Below, one piece after another: positions 8,628-17,653 of a stretch of DNA of 64,000 bases (position 1 is its first letter; each line of letters starts with the position of its first letter). Below the pieces are notes generated by a model, which was not told where the DNA came from, did no database searches, and was given only the letters and a program-made list of their open reading frames with translations. The translations under genes were made by a program, and so were the position numbers. Source of the DNA: Acidobacteria subdivision 13 bacterium RH2 MAG17b. Lineage in GTDB: Bacteria > Acidobacteriota > Terriglobia > UBA7540. Location: assembly GCA_002197525.1 (NCBI GenBank), contig NFUN01000164.1, positions 5,803 to 69,802 of the forward strand. Reading direction: 5' to 3'.

Positions 8628-8693
8628 GCGCCACAAATTGGGGTACAGCGCATCGCTGCCCCTATATGTAGTATTGTTACGGCGCGATGTCAA
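8628..8693 (-). promoter_or_regulatory. sigma70-like promoter overlapped by tandem NrdR-box-like sites
   Basis: TTGACA at 8693-8688 (minus), with an imperfect -10 region; box cores CTATATGTAG (8662-8671) and CCACAAATTG (8631-8640), centres 31 bp apart. Confidence 0.55.
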
Positions 8694-8896
8694 GGAAAAA
8701 GTTAACGTCCAGCGGCGAGTATGACCCGGCCGTGTCCTTCGCTTGGAATTCCAGGAAACACCGAATGATCGGATTTTCCGGCTGCGTGTGAAGATGGCGG
8801 ATAAAATCACGCTCGCCGGATACTTCCGCTCTGCGGTATGATGCGCGTTCGGGCGATCCGTAAGGACACGGATTGCCGCCAGTGCAATGAGGCGCG

Positions 8897-10765
8897 ATGA
8901 CCAGCGGTCCTCCGAAACCACTTCTCGTTTATGACGGCGATTGCAGCTTTTGCCGCTTTTCGGTGGATTACTGGCGCAAGCTGACGGACGACCGCGTCGA
9001 TTACGCTCCATTCCAGCAGGCCGCCGCCAATTTCCCTCAAATTCCCGCCGAACAATTCCGCCAAGCGGTCAAGCTGATCCAGCCGGACGGTTCTATCTCA
9101 AGCGCCGCAGAAGCCGTCTTTCGCGTTCTCGCCTGCGCCCACGGTTACGCGTGGCTGCTTTGGCTTTACATGCGGATGCCAGGCTTCGCCCTCGCAAGCG
9201 AGCTGGCTTACCGGCTGGTCGCACGTAACCGCAATTTCTTTGACAGGGCCAGGATTGTTTTGTGGGGGCGCTCCGCTGAGCCGCCCACGCATTTCCTCAC
9301 TCGGTGGCTCTTTTTACGCCTGCTGGGTTTGGTTTATCTCGCAGCGTTCGCTTCGCTATCGCCGCAGATTCTGGGCCTCGTGGGCGCGCACGGAATCCTT
9401 CCCGCGCGGAGTTTTCTTGAGGTGGTCGCGCAACACCTCGGGCCGGAGCGCTACCGGCTCTTCCCCACTTTAACCTGGTTAAACTCAAGCGACGGCTTCC
9501 TGAAGTTTTTAACCGGGGGCGGCGCCGTATTGTCCATCCTGCTCATAGCCGGTGTAGCTCCAGGCCCTGTCTTAGTGGTGCTGTGGGTTTTCTATTCATC
9601 CCTCGTCACTGCCGGCCAGGACTTTCTGTCCTTCCAATGGGACTCGTTATTGCTCGAAGCTGGATTCTTGGCGATCTTCTTCGGGCCCTGGCGGCCGTTC
9701 GATTTCCCGTGGAGAAAACCGGTCTCCACGGGCGAGCCGCCGCCTTCAAAAACTGTAGTCTGGCTTTTTCGCTGGCTGCTATTCCGCCTCGTGTTTCTTT
9801 CCGGATGCGTCAAGCTCTTGAGTCACGACCCGGCGTGGCGCAACCTGACGGCGCTCGATTATCACTACGAAACCCAGCCTTTGCCCACGCCGCTCGCATG
9901 GTATGCATTTCAGTTGCCTCGCTGGTTCCAAAAGTGTTCCACCGCGGGCGTCTTTGTGGCTGAACTCTTCATTCCTTTCCTGATTTTTGCGCCGCGCCGG
10001 CTTCGCTTTGTGGCTTGCGGACTGCTCGCCGGCTTCCAAATCCTGATCGCTTCGACGGGAAACTATGCGTTCTTTAACCTGCTGACAATCAGCCTGTGCG
10101 TCCTCCTACTCGATGATCAGGCGCTGCGCCGCGCTCTGCCAAGGGCGCTCACGAAGCGCCTTCAGCCGGCGGTTATGAACCGAAAGCGGTCTGCCGCCAG
10201 AACCGCAGCTTCCGCTGTGCTTGCGGCGGGGATTTTGCTTGCAAGCGGGAGCTTGGTTTGGATCACGCTTTTCGGAGCGCGCAGCACGCCGCGCGCTGCG
10301 CTGGAACTCGTGGACTGGGTTGAGCCGCTGCACGTGGTGAGCAATTACGGACTGTTTGCCGTCATGACGACTTCGCGCCCGGAAATCATCATTCAAGGGA
10401 GCGATGACGGAATGCATTGGCTGGACTACGAGTTTCACTACAAGCCCGGCAACCTGAAAAAAACGCCGTGTTGGGTTGCTCCGTATCAGCCGCGATTAGA
10501 CTGGCAAATGTGGTTCGCTGCTCTCAGTAATTATCAAAGCAATCCTTGGTTCGTTAACCTCATGATCCGGCTTCTCCAAGGGTCGCCGCAGGTGCTCGGC
10601 CTCTTCGCGCAGAACCCCTTTCCGGATTCGCCGCCGCGGTACGTGCGGGCCATGGTCTACGACTGCCGGTTCACGAATTTTACGGAGCGCCGCGCCACTG
10701 GCGACTGGTGGCAACGCAAACTCGAAGGTTCTTATTTCCCGATGGCGGCGATTCGCCAGCCCTAA
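8897..10765 (+). CDS. DCC1-like thiol-disulfide oxidoreductase (DUF393) fused to lipase maturation factor (LMF1) domain
   Basis: N-terminal LVYDGDCSFC; LMF motifs FQWDSLLLEAGFL, YHYETQPLP, TGNYAFFN, YGLFAVMT, QPRLDWQMWFAAL. Confidence 0.9.
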   Translation: MTSGPPKPLLVYDGDCSFCRFSVDYWRKLTDDRVDYAPFQQAAANFPQIPAEQFRQAVKLIQPDGSISSAAEAVFRVLACAHGYAWLLWLYMRMPGFALASELAYRLVARNRNFFDRARIVLWGRSAEPPTHFLTRWLFLRLLGLVYLAAFASLSPQILGLVGAHGILPARSFLEVVAQHLGPERYRLFPTLTWLNSSDGFLKFLTGGGAVLSILLIAGVAPGPVLVVLWVFYSSLVTAGQDFLSFQWDSLLLEAGFLAIFFGPWRPFDFPWRKPVSTGEPPPSKTVVWLFRWLLFRLVFLSGCVKLLSHDPAWRNLTALDYHYETQPLPTPLAWYAFQLPRWFQKCSTAGVFVAELFIPFLIFAPRRLRFVACGLLAGFQILIASTGNYAFFNLLTISLCVLLLDDQALRRALPRALTKRLQPAVMNRKRSAARTAASAVLAAGILLASGSLVWITLFGARSTPRAALELVDWVEPLHVVSNYGLFAVMTTSRPEIIIQGSDDGMHWLDYEFHYKPGNLKKTPCWVAPYQPRLDWQMWFAALSNYQSNPWFVNLMIRLLQGSPQVLGLFAQNPFPDSPPRYVRAMVYDCRFTNFTERRATGDWWQRKLEGSYFPMAAIRQP

Positions 10766-10799
10766 GGACTGGCCACATCCCGCGCCCTTCACCACTCGC

Positions 10800-11951
10800 T
10801 CAATAGATGAAACCCGAATCGCGGCGGGGCGGCTCGCTGGGCGGTTCCGGCTGGCTGGTCTTTTGTAACGCCTTGTTCCGGCGAAGGGCGGATTGAATCA
10901 TCATGAATTGTCCGACGTTGTCCGCATTCAGCATGCCGACGAGCCTGCCATCGTGCTGCACGGGCAAAGAGCGGCAGTGGCAGTTGTGCAGCAGCGCCAG
11001 CGCATGTTCGAGCATGTCGTGAGAATCCGCCATTTCGAAGTCGCGCCGCATCGCATCCCGCACAACTGCGCTTGAGCCGTCCTGCGCGAGCGCTCGCAGG
11101 AGGTCCTCTCGCGTGAGCACGCCGAGGACGTGATCGCCGAACACCACGGGAAAGTCCTGCTGCCATCCTCCGAGCACGTGCTCAACCGCCTGAGAAAGCT
11201 TGTCATCCGGATTGAGCGTCTGAAAATCCGTCAGCATCACCTGTTGAACCGGAATGCCGCCGACCGACGTGCGAATGAGCGTCGTGGAGGCTTCTGCTTC
11301 CGCGCCCATCCAGACGAACAGGGCAATAAATAAGAGAAACGGATCGGAAAACAATCCGATGAAACCGAAAATCAGCGCCATGGCCTGGCCTACGTGAGCA
11401 GCCACCTGAGTTGCTTGCGTGTATTCCATTCGGGTGGCCAGCAGCGCCCGGAGCACCCGTCCGCCGTCCATGGGAAAGGCGGGGATCAGATTGAAGCCGG
11501 CCAGCCAGACGTTTGCCACCATCAGGTTTTCGATAAAGTTGCCGCCTGACCACCGGAGGTCGCTCCAATGGGGGCGCACACCCGATGCCACAACCAGAGC
11601 GAGCAGCACGGCGGCAATCACAACGTTCACCGCCGGACCGGCCAGAGCCACCCGCAACTCTTCGCGAGGCTTTTCCGGCATCCGTTCGAGCCGGGCGACG
11701 CCGCCAATAGGAAGCAGAATAATGTCCCGCGTGCGGATGCCGTATCTGCGCGCGGTCAAAGCGTGACCCAACTCGTGCAGCACGACGCAAGCAAAAATCG
11801 CCAGGACGAACAGCACCCCCACCAGCGTGGTGGCCAGGTTGTGTCCGTTCGCCCAATTCGCGAATAGGATGAAGAGGATGAGGAACAAAAACGTGGCGTG
11901 CATGTAAACGTTGATTCCCGCTAATTTGCCGATCTTCCATGACCAACGCAT
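10800..11951 (-). CDS. Site-2 protease (M50) with C-terminal CBS pair
   Basis: HELGH, ILLPIGG, AGPAVN, FNLIPAFPMDGG; two CBS-like repeats. Confidence 0.93.
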   Translation of the reverse strand: MRWSWKIGKLAGINVYMHATFLFLILFILFANWANGHNLATTLVGVLFVLAIFACVVLHELGHALTARRYGIRTRDIILLPIGGVARLERMPEKPREELRVALAGPAVNVVIAAVLLALVVASGVRPHWSDLRWSGGNFIENLMVANVWLAGFNLIPAFPMDGGRVLRALLATRMEYTQATQVAAHVGQAMALIFGFIGLFSDPFLLFIALFVWMGAEAEASTTLIRTSVGGIPVQQVMLTDFQTLNPDDKLSQAVEHVLGGWQQDFPVVFGDHVLGVLTREDLLRALAQDGSSAVVRDAMRRDFEMADSHDMLEHALALLHNCHCRSLPVQHDGRLVGMLNADNVGQFMMIQSALRRNKALQKTSQPEPPSEPPRRDSGFIY

Positions 11952-12112
11952 CCGATCGTCTCCCGCCCCCCAAAGGTACAGCTATCAAGAGGCTTAGGAT
12001 TGTTCCCCGCTTTAGTTTGCTCCCCTGCTACCTCAATCGCAAGTCTGCCAGGTAGTGGTACAGTTTGGTTGTTGTAGCGGCGAATCTGCCCGCGAATATC
12101 GAGGAGAACACG

Positions 12113-12826
12113 ATGAACAGTGTACTGGCCATCCAGCACATCGAGTGTGAAACGCCCGGTCTCATCGAGGAAGCGCTGAAATCGGCGGGTTGCTCCGTTG
12201 AGTGCGTACAGAGCTTCCGCGGCCAGCCGGTTCCGAAGGAGCTGGGCGCGGCGCGAGGGCTGGTGGTGATGGGCGGGCCGATGGGAGTATACGAATCCCC
12301 GCGATTTCCCTTTTTGCGCGATGAAATGCGATTGATTGAGCGCACGCTGCGCGAAGCGAAGCCGGTGCTGGGCGTCTGCCTCGGCAGCCAGTTGCTGGCC
12401 GCCGCGCTGGGATCGGAAGTGCGAAAGGGCGCGCAGAAAGAGATCGGGTGGCACACAGTCACGCTCGCAGAATCTGCTTTGCACGATCCGCTGCTGCAAG
12501 CGGCCAGCCGCTCGTTTACCGCCTATCATTGGCACGGCGACGTTTTCGACGTTCCGGCTGGCGCCACAAGCCTTGCATCCTCCGGCCTCACGGGGTGCCA
12601 GGGTTTTCGATACGGCGGCAACGCTTACGGCTTTTTGTTTCACATGGAGATCACGCACGAAATCCTCACGTGTATGCTTCATGCGTTTCGCGAAGAGCTT
12701 GAGGAAGAACATCTCAGCGCGGATGACATTGCCAGCCGCGTCGCTGAACATCTGCCCCGCTTGCAAACAATCGGGCGCTCAGTCTTCGAGCAATGGGCGG
12801 CTTTGCTTGACAACGCGCAAGGCTAA
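12113..12826 (+). CDS. Class I glutamine amidotransferase-like protein
   Basis: MGGPMG, LGVCLGSQL (catalytic Cys), WHGD, FHME; GAGGAG SD before ATG 12113. Confidence 0.9.
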   Translation: MNSVLAIQHIECETPGLIEEALKSAGCSVECVQSFRGQPVPKELGAARGLVVMGGPMGVYESPRFPFLRDEMRLIERTLREAKPVLGVCLGSQLLAAALGSEVRKGAQKEIGWHTVTLAESALHDPLLQAASRSFTAYHWHGDVFDVPAGATSLASSGLTGCQGFRYGGNAYGFLFHMEITHEILTCMLHAFREELEEEHLSADDIASRVAEHLPRLQTIGRSVFEQWAALLDNAQG

Positions 12827-12887
12827 GCGCATTCGCCGCGTGCGCCGGGCGCGAGACGAGCAGGAAGCTGGCGCCCACCGGTGCAGC

Positions 12888-14441
12888 TCAAGGCGTTTTT
12901 TCAGGCCGCAGAAGGGGAAAGAGGATCACGTCCCGGATCGAGCGCGAATTGGTGAGGATCATCGTCAGCCGGTCGATGCCGATTCCTTCTCCGCCCGCGG
13001 GCGGCATGCCGTAGCTGAGCGCGCGGATATAATCCTCGTCGACGGCGTGGGCGGTGAGGTCGCCTTTTTGGCGCAGCAACTGCTGGTATTCGAAGCGGTC
13101 CCGCTGCTCGGCCGGATCGTTCAGCTCGCTGAATGCGTTGGCCACTTCCATGCCGCCAACGTAGAGCTCAAAGCGCTCAACGAAATTCGGATCATCAGGC
13201 TTCTGCTTTGAAAGCGGCGAAACCTCGAGCGGATATTCGGTGATGAACGTTGGCTGAATCAGGTGTTCCTCGGCAACCAACTCGAAGAATACCTGTAAGA
13301 GCTCACCGGGTCGTTTATCTTGGGCAAAATCCTGGAGGATCGGCGTGAGACCACGGTGCAATAACCAGCTGTTGATGCCGGGAATCCGGGTTCTCAGAGC
13401 CTCAGGCTCTTCCAGCTCTGGTAGGGTCAGCGTCCCCGCTTCGGCAGGCCAATACCGGACGACGGCCTCTTTCATCGTGATGTGATGGAAACGCTCGAAG
13501 GAAATCGTGTGGCCATCGAACTCGCACTCATGTTTTCCGAGCACGGCGTGGGCGGCGTGCCGCAGCAGCCGCTCCGTGAGCGCGATCATGTCCCGGTAGT
13601 CCGCATAGGCCTGGTAGAACTCGAGCATGGTGAACTCGGGATTGTGCTGCGTGGAAATGCCTTCGTTGCGGAAATTGCGGTTGATCTCATAGACTCGGTC
13701 GAGACCGCCCACGATGAGCCGCTTTAGGTAAAGCTCGGGCGCAACGCGAAGGTAAAGGTCGATGTTGAGAGCGTTGTGATGAGTCACAAAAGGCCGGGCC
13801 ATGGCGCCTCCGGCGAGCGGCTGCATCATGGGCGTCTCCACTTCCACGTAACCATGGTGGTCCAGGAACTCGCGCAGGGCGCGAACCAACCGGCTGCGCC
13901 GCATGAAGATTTCGCGTACTTCCTCGTTCACCATCAGGTCGAGATAGCGCTGGCGGTAGCGGATTTCCACGTCGGCGAGGCCGTGCCACTTTTCGGGCAG
14001 CGGCAGCAGACTCTTGGCAAGAAAGTGCAGGCGCTCAGCGTGAACCGTCAACTCGCCCGTGCGCGTGCGGAAGAGAGTGCCCTCGACGCCGACGATGTCG
14101 CCGATGTCCAGCATCTTATAAAGCTCAAAATAGCGCTCGCCGACTGCGTCCAGCCGGACGTAAATCTGCAGCCGCTTTCCACCGCCCGCCAAGTGCGCGA
14201 AGCCCGCCTTGCCGTGCGGCCGCATGGTCATCACGCGTCCGGCCACGCGCACGGAAATTCTCTTCGCTTCCAGTTCCTCCGCCGTGCGCTCCGAATACTC
14301 CGAGAGGATTTCCGGCAACGTGTGCGTATATTCGAACTTGCGGGGATAAAGCTCGAAGCCAAGCCCCGCGATAGCCCGCAGCTTTTTCTGCCGCTGAAGA
14401 ATTAAGCTCTGTGCCTCATGATCGTCGGCGTGCAAACGCAC
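12888..14441 (-). CDS. lysS: Lysine--tRNA ligase (class II)
   Basis: [53 protein letters not shown]. The start may be TTG at 14435 (AGGAGG upstream). Confidence 0.97.
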   Translation of the reverse strand: MRLHADDHEAQSLILQRQKKLRAIAGLGFELYPRKFEYTHTLPEILSEYSERTAEELEAKRISVRVAGRVMTMRPHGKAGFAHLAGGGKRLQIYVRLDAVGERYFELYKMLDIGDIVGVEGTLFRTRTGELTVHAERLHFLAKSLLPLPEKWHGLADVEIRYRQRYLDLMVNEEVREIFMRRSRLVRALREFLDHHGYVEVETPMMQPLAGGAMARPFVTHHNALNIDLYLRVAPELYLKRLIVGGLDRVYEINRNFRNEGISTQHNPEFTMLEFYQAYADYRDMIALTERLLRHAAHAVLGKHECEFDGHTISFERFHHITMKEAVVRYWPAEAGTLTLPELEEPEALRTRIPGINSWLLHRGLTPILQDFAQDKRPGELLQVFFELVAEEHLIQPTFITEYPLEVSPLSKQKPDDPNFVERFELYVGGMEVANAFSELNDPAEQRDRFEYQQLLRQKGDLTAHAVDEDYIRALSYGMPPAGGEGIGIDRLTMILTNSRSIRDVILFPLLRPEKTP

Positions 14442-14485
14442 CTCCTGGACTGAAACGCGAAAATCTTCAATTGAGAATTACAGAT

Positions 14486-14539
14486 TATAGCCCCGTGTCA
14501 CCACCGGCGGTTTTCGGCGCTGAAGACAGCGCCGCACCA
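14486..14539. repeat. Degenerate REP-like doublet (family shared with 15957 and 20563)
   Basis: TAGCCCCGTGTCACCACCGGCG...CGGCGCTGAAGACAGCGCCGCACCA, matching the copy inside metG. Confidence 0.7.
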
Positions 14540-14750
14540 TGGGAAACGGTTAATCGCGCATTATATCAGGAACGCAACGACCGGTTGATGCCCCGCCGGG
14601 ATCGTGTAGTGTAAGATCATTAAAGCCGCACCGCACCCCTCAGAAGAGCGCACACTCGACCGCCGCGACAGCATGAATTTGCGCACATTGCACCATCATT
14701 GGTGCAAAAGGCGCGGCGGTGGAGACAAATGAGACGAATGAGACAGTTTT

Positions 14751-15905
14751 TCAGTGCGTAGTCACGGCGGCAGGAACGCCGAGCGGAAATGAGGCATAGG
14801 CAGTGAGCAAAACGTCCGCGCGTTCGCCCGCGGCGAGCCTGAAATACCCGGCGGCGGCGATCATGGCGGCATTGTCGGTGGAAAGCGCGGGCGAAGGGAA
14901 GAAGACGCCCAGCCTAGCCGCCTTTGCCGCTTCGCTAAAGCGGGCGCGCAGCAGAGAATTGCACGCCACGCCGCCCGTCACAAAGATGGAACTCACGCGC
15001 TCGTTTCGCGCTGCCTGAAGCGTGCGCTCGACAAGGTCCGCAACTACGCCTTCCTGAAAGCTTGCCACCAAGTCCAGCGTCGCTTGTGAGCATTGGGCGA
15101 GGATCTGCTCCATCGTGACGCTGCCTGCGGCCTTGCGCCATTCGCGGCGCCTCTCGGCTTCGGCGGACAGCTCGCCGCCTCGTACGCGATAGAGCACGGC
15201 CGTCTTCACGCCCGAAAAGCTGAAATCATACGGATTGCCCTTCATCCGGATCGGCCCGAATCTCACCGCGGACGGGTTGCCGTGGCGCGCCAGCTTGTCG
15301 ATCACCGGCCCGCCCGGATAACCGAGCGCCAGGAGCTTCGCGACCTTGTCGTAGGCCTCGCCGGCGGCGTCATCGCGCGTCTGGCCGAGACGGCGGTAGG
15401 AAAACGACGGCGTGGCGGCTGCCGGACCTTCTTTCGCGCGCACGTAAAAAAGGCTCGTGTGGCCGCCGGAAACCACCAGCGTGACATTCGGAAAGGCTGC
15501 TTCTTCCACCGCCAGCCCGGCGCGGCGCGCCAGCTTGTTTTCGAGCCACGCCGAGTGAATGTGCCCTTCGAGATGGTTCACGCCGATCAGCGGTTTGCCG
15601 AGCGCAAGCGCCAAGGTCTTGCCGTAAACCAATCCCACAAGCAGCGAGCCGATCAGGCCAGGCCCCTGAGTCACTGCGATGGCATCTATCTGATCCAGGC
15701 GAACTTCAGCCCGGCGGCAAGCTTCTTCTACCACCGGCGCGATCTTCCGCAAGTGTTCGCGGCTCGCGATTTCCGGCACGACGCCCCCATACTTTTCGTG
15801 CGTCATCACCTGGGAGGCGACGACGGTGGAGAGAATGCGCTCGCCGTTTTCCACCACGGCGGCGGCAGTCTCATCGCAACTGGATTCGATGCCAAGCACG
15901 AGCAT
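14751..15905 (-). CDS. tsaD: tRNA N6-threonylcarbamoyladenosine synthesis protein TsaD
   Basis: [61 protein letters not shown]. Confidence 0.97.
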   Translation of the reverse strand: MLVLGIESSCDETAAAVVENGERILSTVVASQVMTHEKYGGVVPEIASREHLRKIAPVVEEACRRAEVRLDQIDAIAVTQGPGLIGSLLVGLVYGKTLALALGKPLIGVNHLEGHIHSAWLENKLARRAGLAVEEAAFPNVTLVVSGGHTSLFYVRAKEGPAAATPSFSYRRLGQTRDDAAGEAYDKVAKLLALGYPGGPVIDKLARHGNPSAVRFGPIRMKGNPYDFSFSGVKTAVLYRVRGGELSAEAERRREWRKAAGSVTMEQILAQCSQATLDLVASFQEGVVADLVERTLQAARNERVSSIFVTGGVACNSLLRARFSEAAKAARLGVFFPSPALSTDNAAMIAAAGYFRLAAGERADVLLTAYASFPLGVPAAVTTH

Positions 15906-15956
15906 TCGAGTATCGCTCCAACTAATACAAACGCATTTGTTGATGTGACGCCACTC

Positions 15957-16010
15957 TAGCGCCGGTGTCCCCACCGGCGAAAAACCGGCGACGACGACAT
16001 CGCCGCACCA
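15957..16010. repeat. Degenerate REP-like doublet
   Basis: TAGCGCCGGTGTCCCCACCGGCG...CGGCGACGACGACATCGCCGCACCA; same family as 14486 and 20563. Confidence 0.65.
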
Positions 16011-16102
16011 GCAGACATCACGCCGCTTAATGCGTTCGTGTTAGTTATGTTAGCATACACAACGAGTTACCCTGGCGAGCCTCGGAGGGTACGGCCTGCC
16101 GG

Positions 16103-16225
16103 AGAGTCTGTGTGAAAACTACGGCTGTAGCGGCGGTCTGTGACCGCCGGTCTTAATTTTTCAATAACTTCGGCGCTCATAGAGCGCCGCTACAACTCAA
16201 ATACGGCTGTTTTCACACAGACTCT
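16103..16225. mobile_element. 123-bp MITE-like element with 17-bp TIR carrying an internal GTAG-type REP doublet
   Basis: AGAGTCTGTGTGAAAAC...GTTTTCACACAGACTCT, flanked by GG on both sides; near-identical copy at 53417-53539. Confidence 0.8.
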
Positions 16226-16269
16226 GGAAAGCGCTCTCACAGCGCCAAGCTTACGACTGCGAGGTGAAC

Positions 16270-17148
16270 ATGGAGATTCGGAAAGCCGTGCTGCCGGTGG
16301 CGGGTCTTGGCACCCGCTTCCTTCCCGCCACGAAGGCCCAGCCCAAGGAAATGTTGCCGATTGTGGATAAGCCTCTCGTGCAATACGCCGTCGAGGAGCT
16401 GGCGAACTCCGGCATCTCCATGGCGATTTTCGTGACAGGGCGCGGCAAAGACGCCATCGAGGACCACTTCGATTTTGCCCCCGAGCTCGAGGAGATGCTG
16501 AAAGGACGCGGCAAGGAGCAAATGCTCGAGGTGGTGCGTTCCGTTTCGAGCCTGCTGCAAATGACTTATGTCCGCCAGAAGACTCCGCTTGGCCTCGGCC
16601 ACGCCATTCTGGTGGCCCGCGACCTGGTGGGCGATGAGCCCTTCGCCGTTGTGCTTTCGGATGACGTCATCGATGCCCCGGTGCCCTGCGTCAAGCAGAT
16701 GATGGACGTGTTCGCGCGATACGGCCGCAGTGTGGTGGCCATTCAGCGCGTGGAACGAAAGGCCACTTCGAGCTACGGAATCATCAAGGGCCACCCTGTC
16801 GTGGATCGCGATTGGGACGGCCGCCTGTTCCGCATCACCGATATGGTGGAAAAGCCGGAGCCGCGCAAGGCGCCCTCTAACTTGGCGATCATCGGCCGCT
16901 ACATCCTAACGCCCGCTGTGTTCAACGAGCTTGCTTCCACGCCGCGCGGAGCAGGCGGGGAAATTCAGCTCACAGACGCCCTCCGCCGCTTACTGCAAAA
17001 GGAGCCGATTTATGGCTATGTTTTCGACGGTAAGCGTTATGACGCTGGAGATAAGCTTGGCTTCCTCGAGGCCACGGTTGAAATGGCGCTCAAGCGCCCG
17101 GAACTCGGAAAGGCGTTCCGGAAATACCTGAAGGGTTTGCGAATTTGA
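16270..17148 (+). CDS. galU: UTP--glucose-1-phosphate uridylyltransferase
   Basis: KAVLPVAGLGTRFLPATKAQPKEMLPIVDKP, GLGHA, MVEKP, GEIQLTDA. Confidence 0.97.
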   Translation: MEIRKAVLPVAGLGTRFLPATKAQPKEMLPIVDKPLVQYAVEELANSGISMAIFVTGRGKDAIEDHFDFAPELEEMLKGRGKEQMLEVVRSVSSLLQMTYVRQKTPLGLGHAILVARDLVGDEPFAVVLSDDVIDAPVPCVKQMMDVFARYGRSVVAIQRVERKATSSYGIIKGHPVVDRDWDGRLFRITDMVEKPEPRKAPSNLAIIGRYILTPAVFNELASTPRGAGGEIQLTDALRRLLQKEPIYGYVFDGKRYDAGDKLGFLEATVEMALKRPELGKAFRKYLKGLRI

Positions 17149-17194
17149 CCTCCGGCGAGCGCTGGCGATCCCCCTCGCCTGAGCAAGGGCGGGC

Positions 17195-17497
17195 CTATTT
17201 CGTCACCGGAGAGGTTTCCGGTTTTTTGGCAGGCTCGGCCGGCTTGCTCTCCGAGGTTTTTGCGCCGTCTGATTTGGCGTCGGACGTGGAGGACGGGTTG
17301 CCGCTGTCGGGGCTCGATTTGCGAGCGTAGTCGGTGATGTAGAAGCCGCTGCCCTTAAACTGGATGGCGGGTGAGGAGAGCAGCCGTTCGAGTTTCCCGC
17401 CGCACTTCTCGCATTTGCGGAGCGGCGCGTCGGAGAACTTCTGGATCTTCTCCACGATGGCCCCGCAATCCTTGCATTGATATTCGTATAGCGGCAA
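17195..17497 (-). CDS. FmdB family zinc-ribbon protein
   Basis: MPLYEYQCKDC...CEKC...FKGSGFYITDY with low-complexity tail; AGGAGG SD, TTG start. Confidence 0.9.
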   Translation of the reverse strand: MPLYEYQCKDCGAIVEKIQKFSDAPLRKCEKCGGKLERLLSSPAIQFKGSGFYITDYARKSSPDSGNPSSTSDAKSDGAKTSESKPAEPAKKPETSPVTK

Positions 17498-17526
17498 TGT
17501 AGACCTCCTTAAGCCGGGTGAGTTTT

Positions 17527-17611
17527 AGTATACCAACGCCACTACAGCCGCGTCAAAAGCGGGCGGCGCGCGATGACGGCGTTGACAAGATTTTGCAGCG
17601 AAGCATAGACT
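17527..17611. promoter_or_regulatory. Divergent sigma70-like promoters (FmdB-like gene / larC operon)
   Basis: Minus: TTGACG-18-TATACT (17556-17527); plus: TTGACA-18-TAGACT (17582-17611). Confidence 0.5.
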
Positions 17612-17653
17612 CGAATTTTAGCCGCGCGCGCTCGATGAAAGCTGCGAACACCT

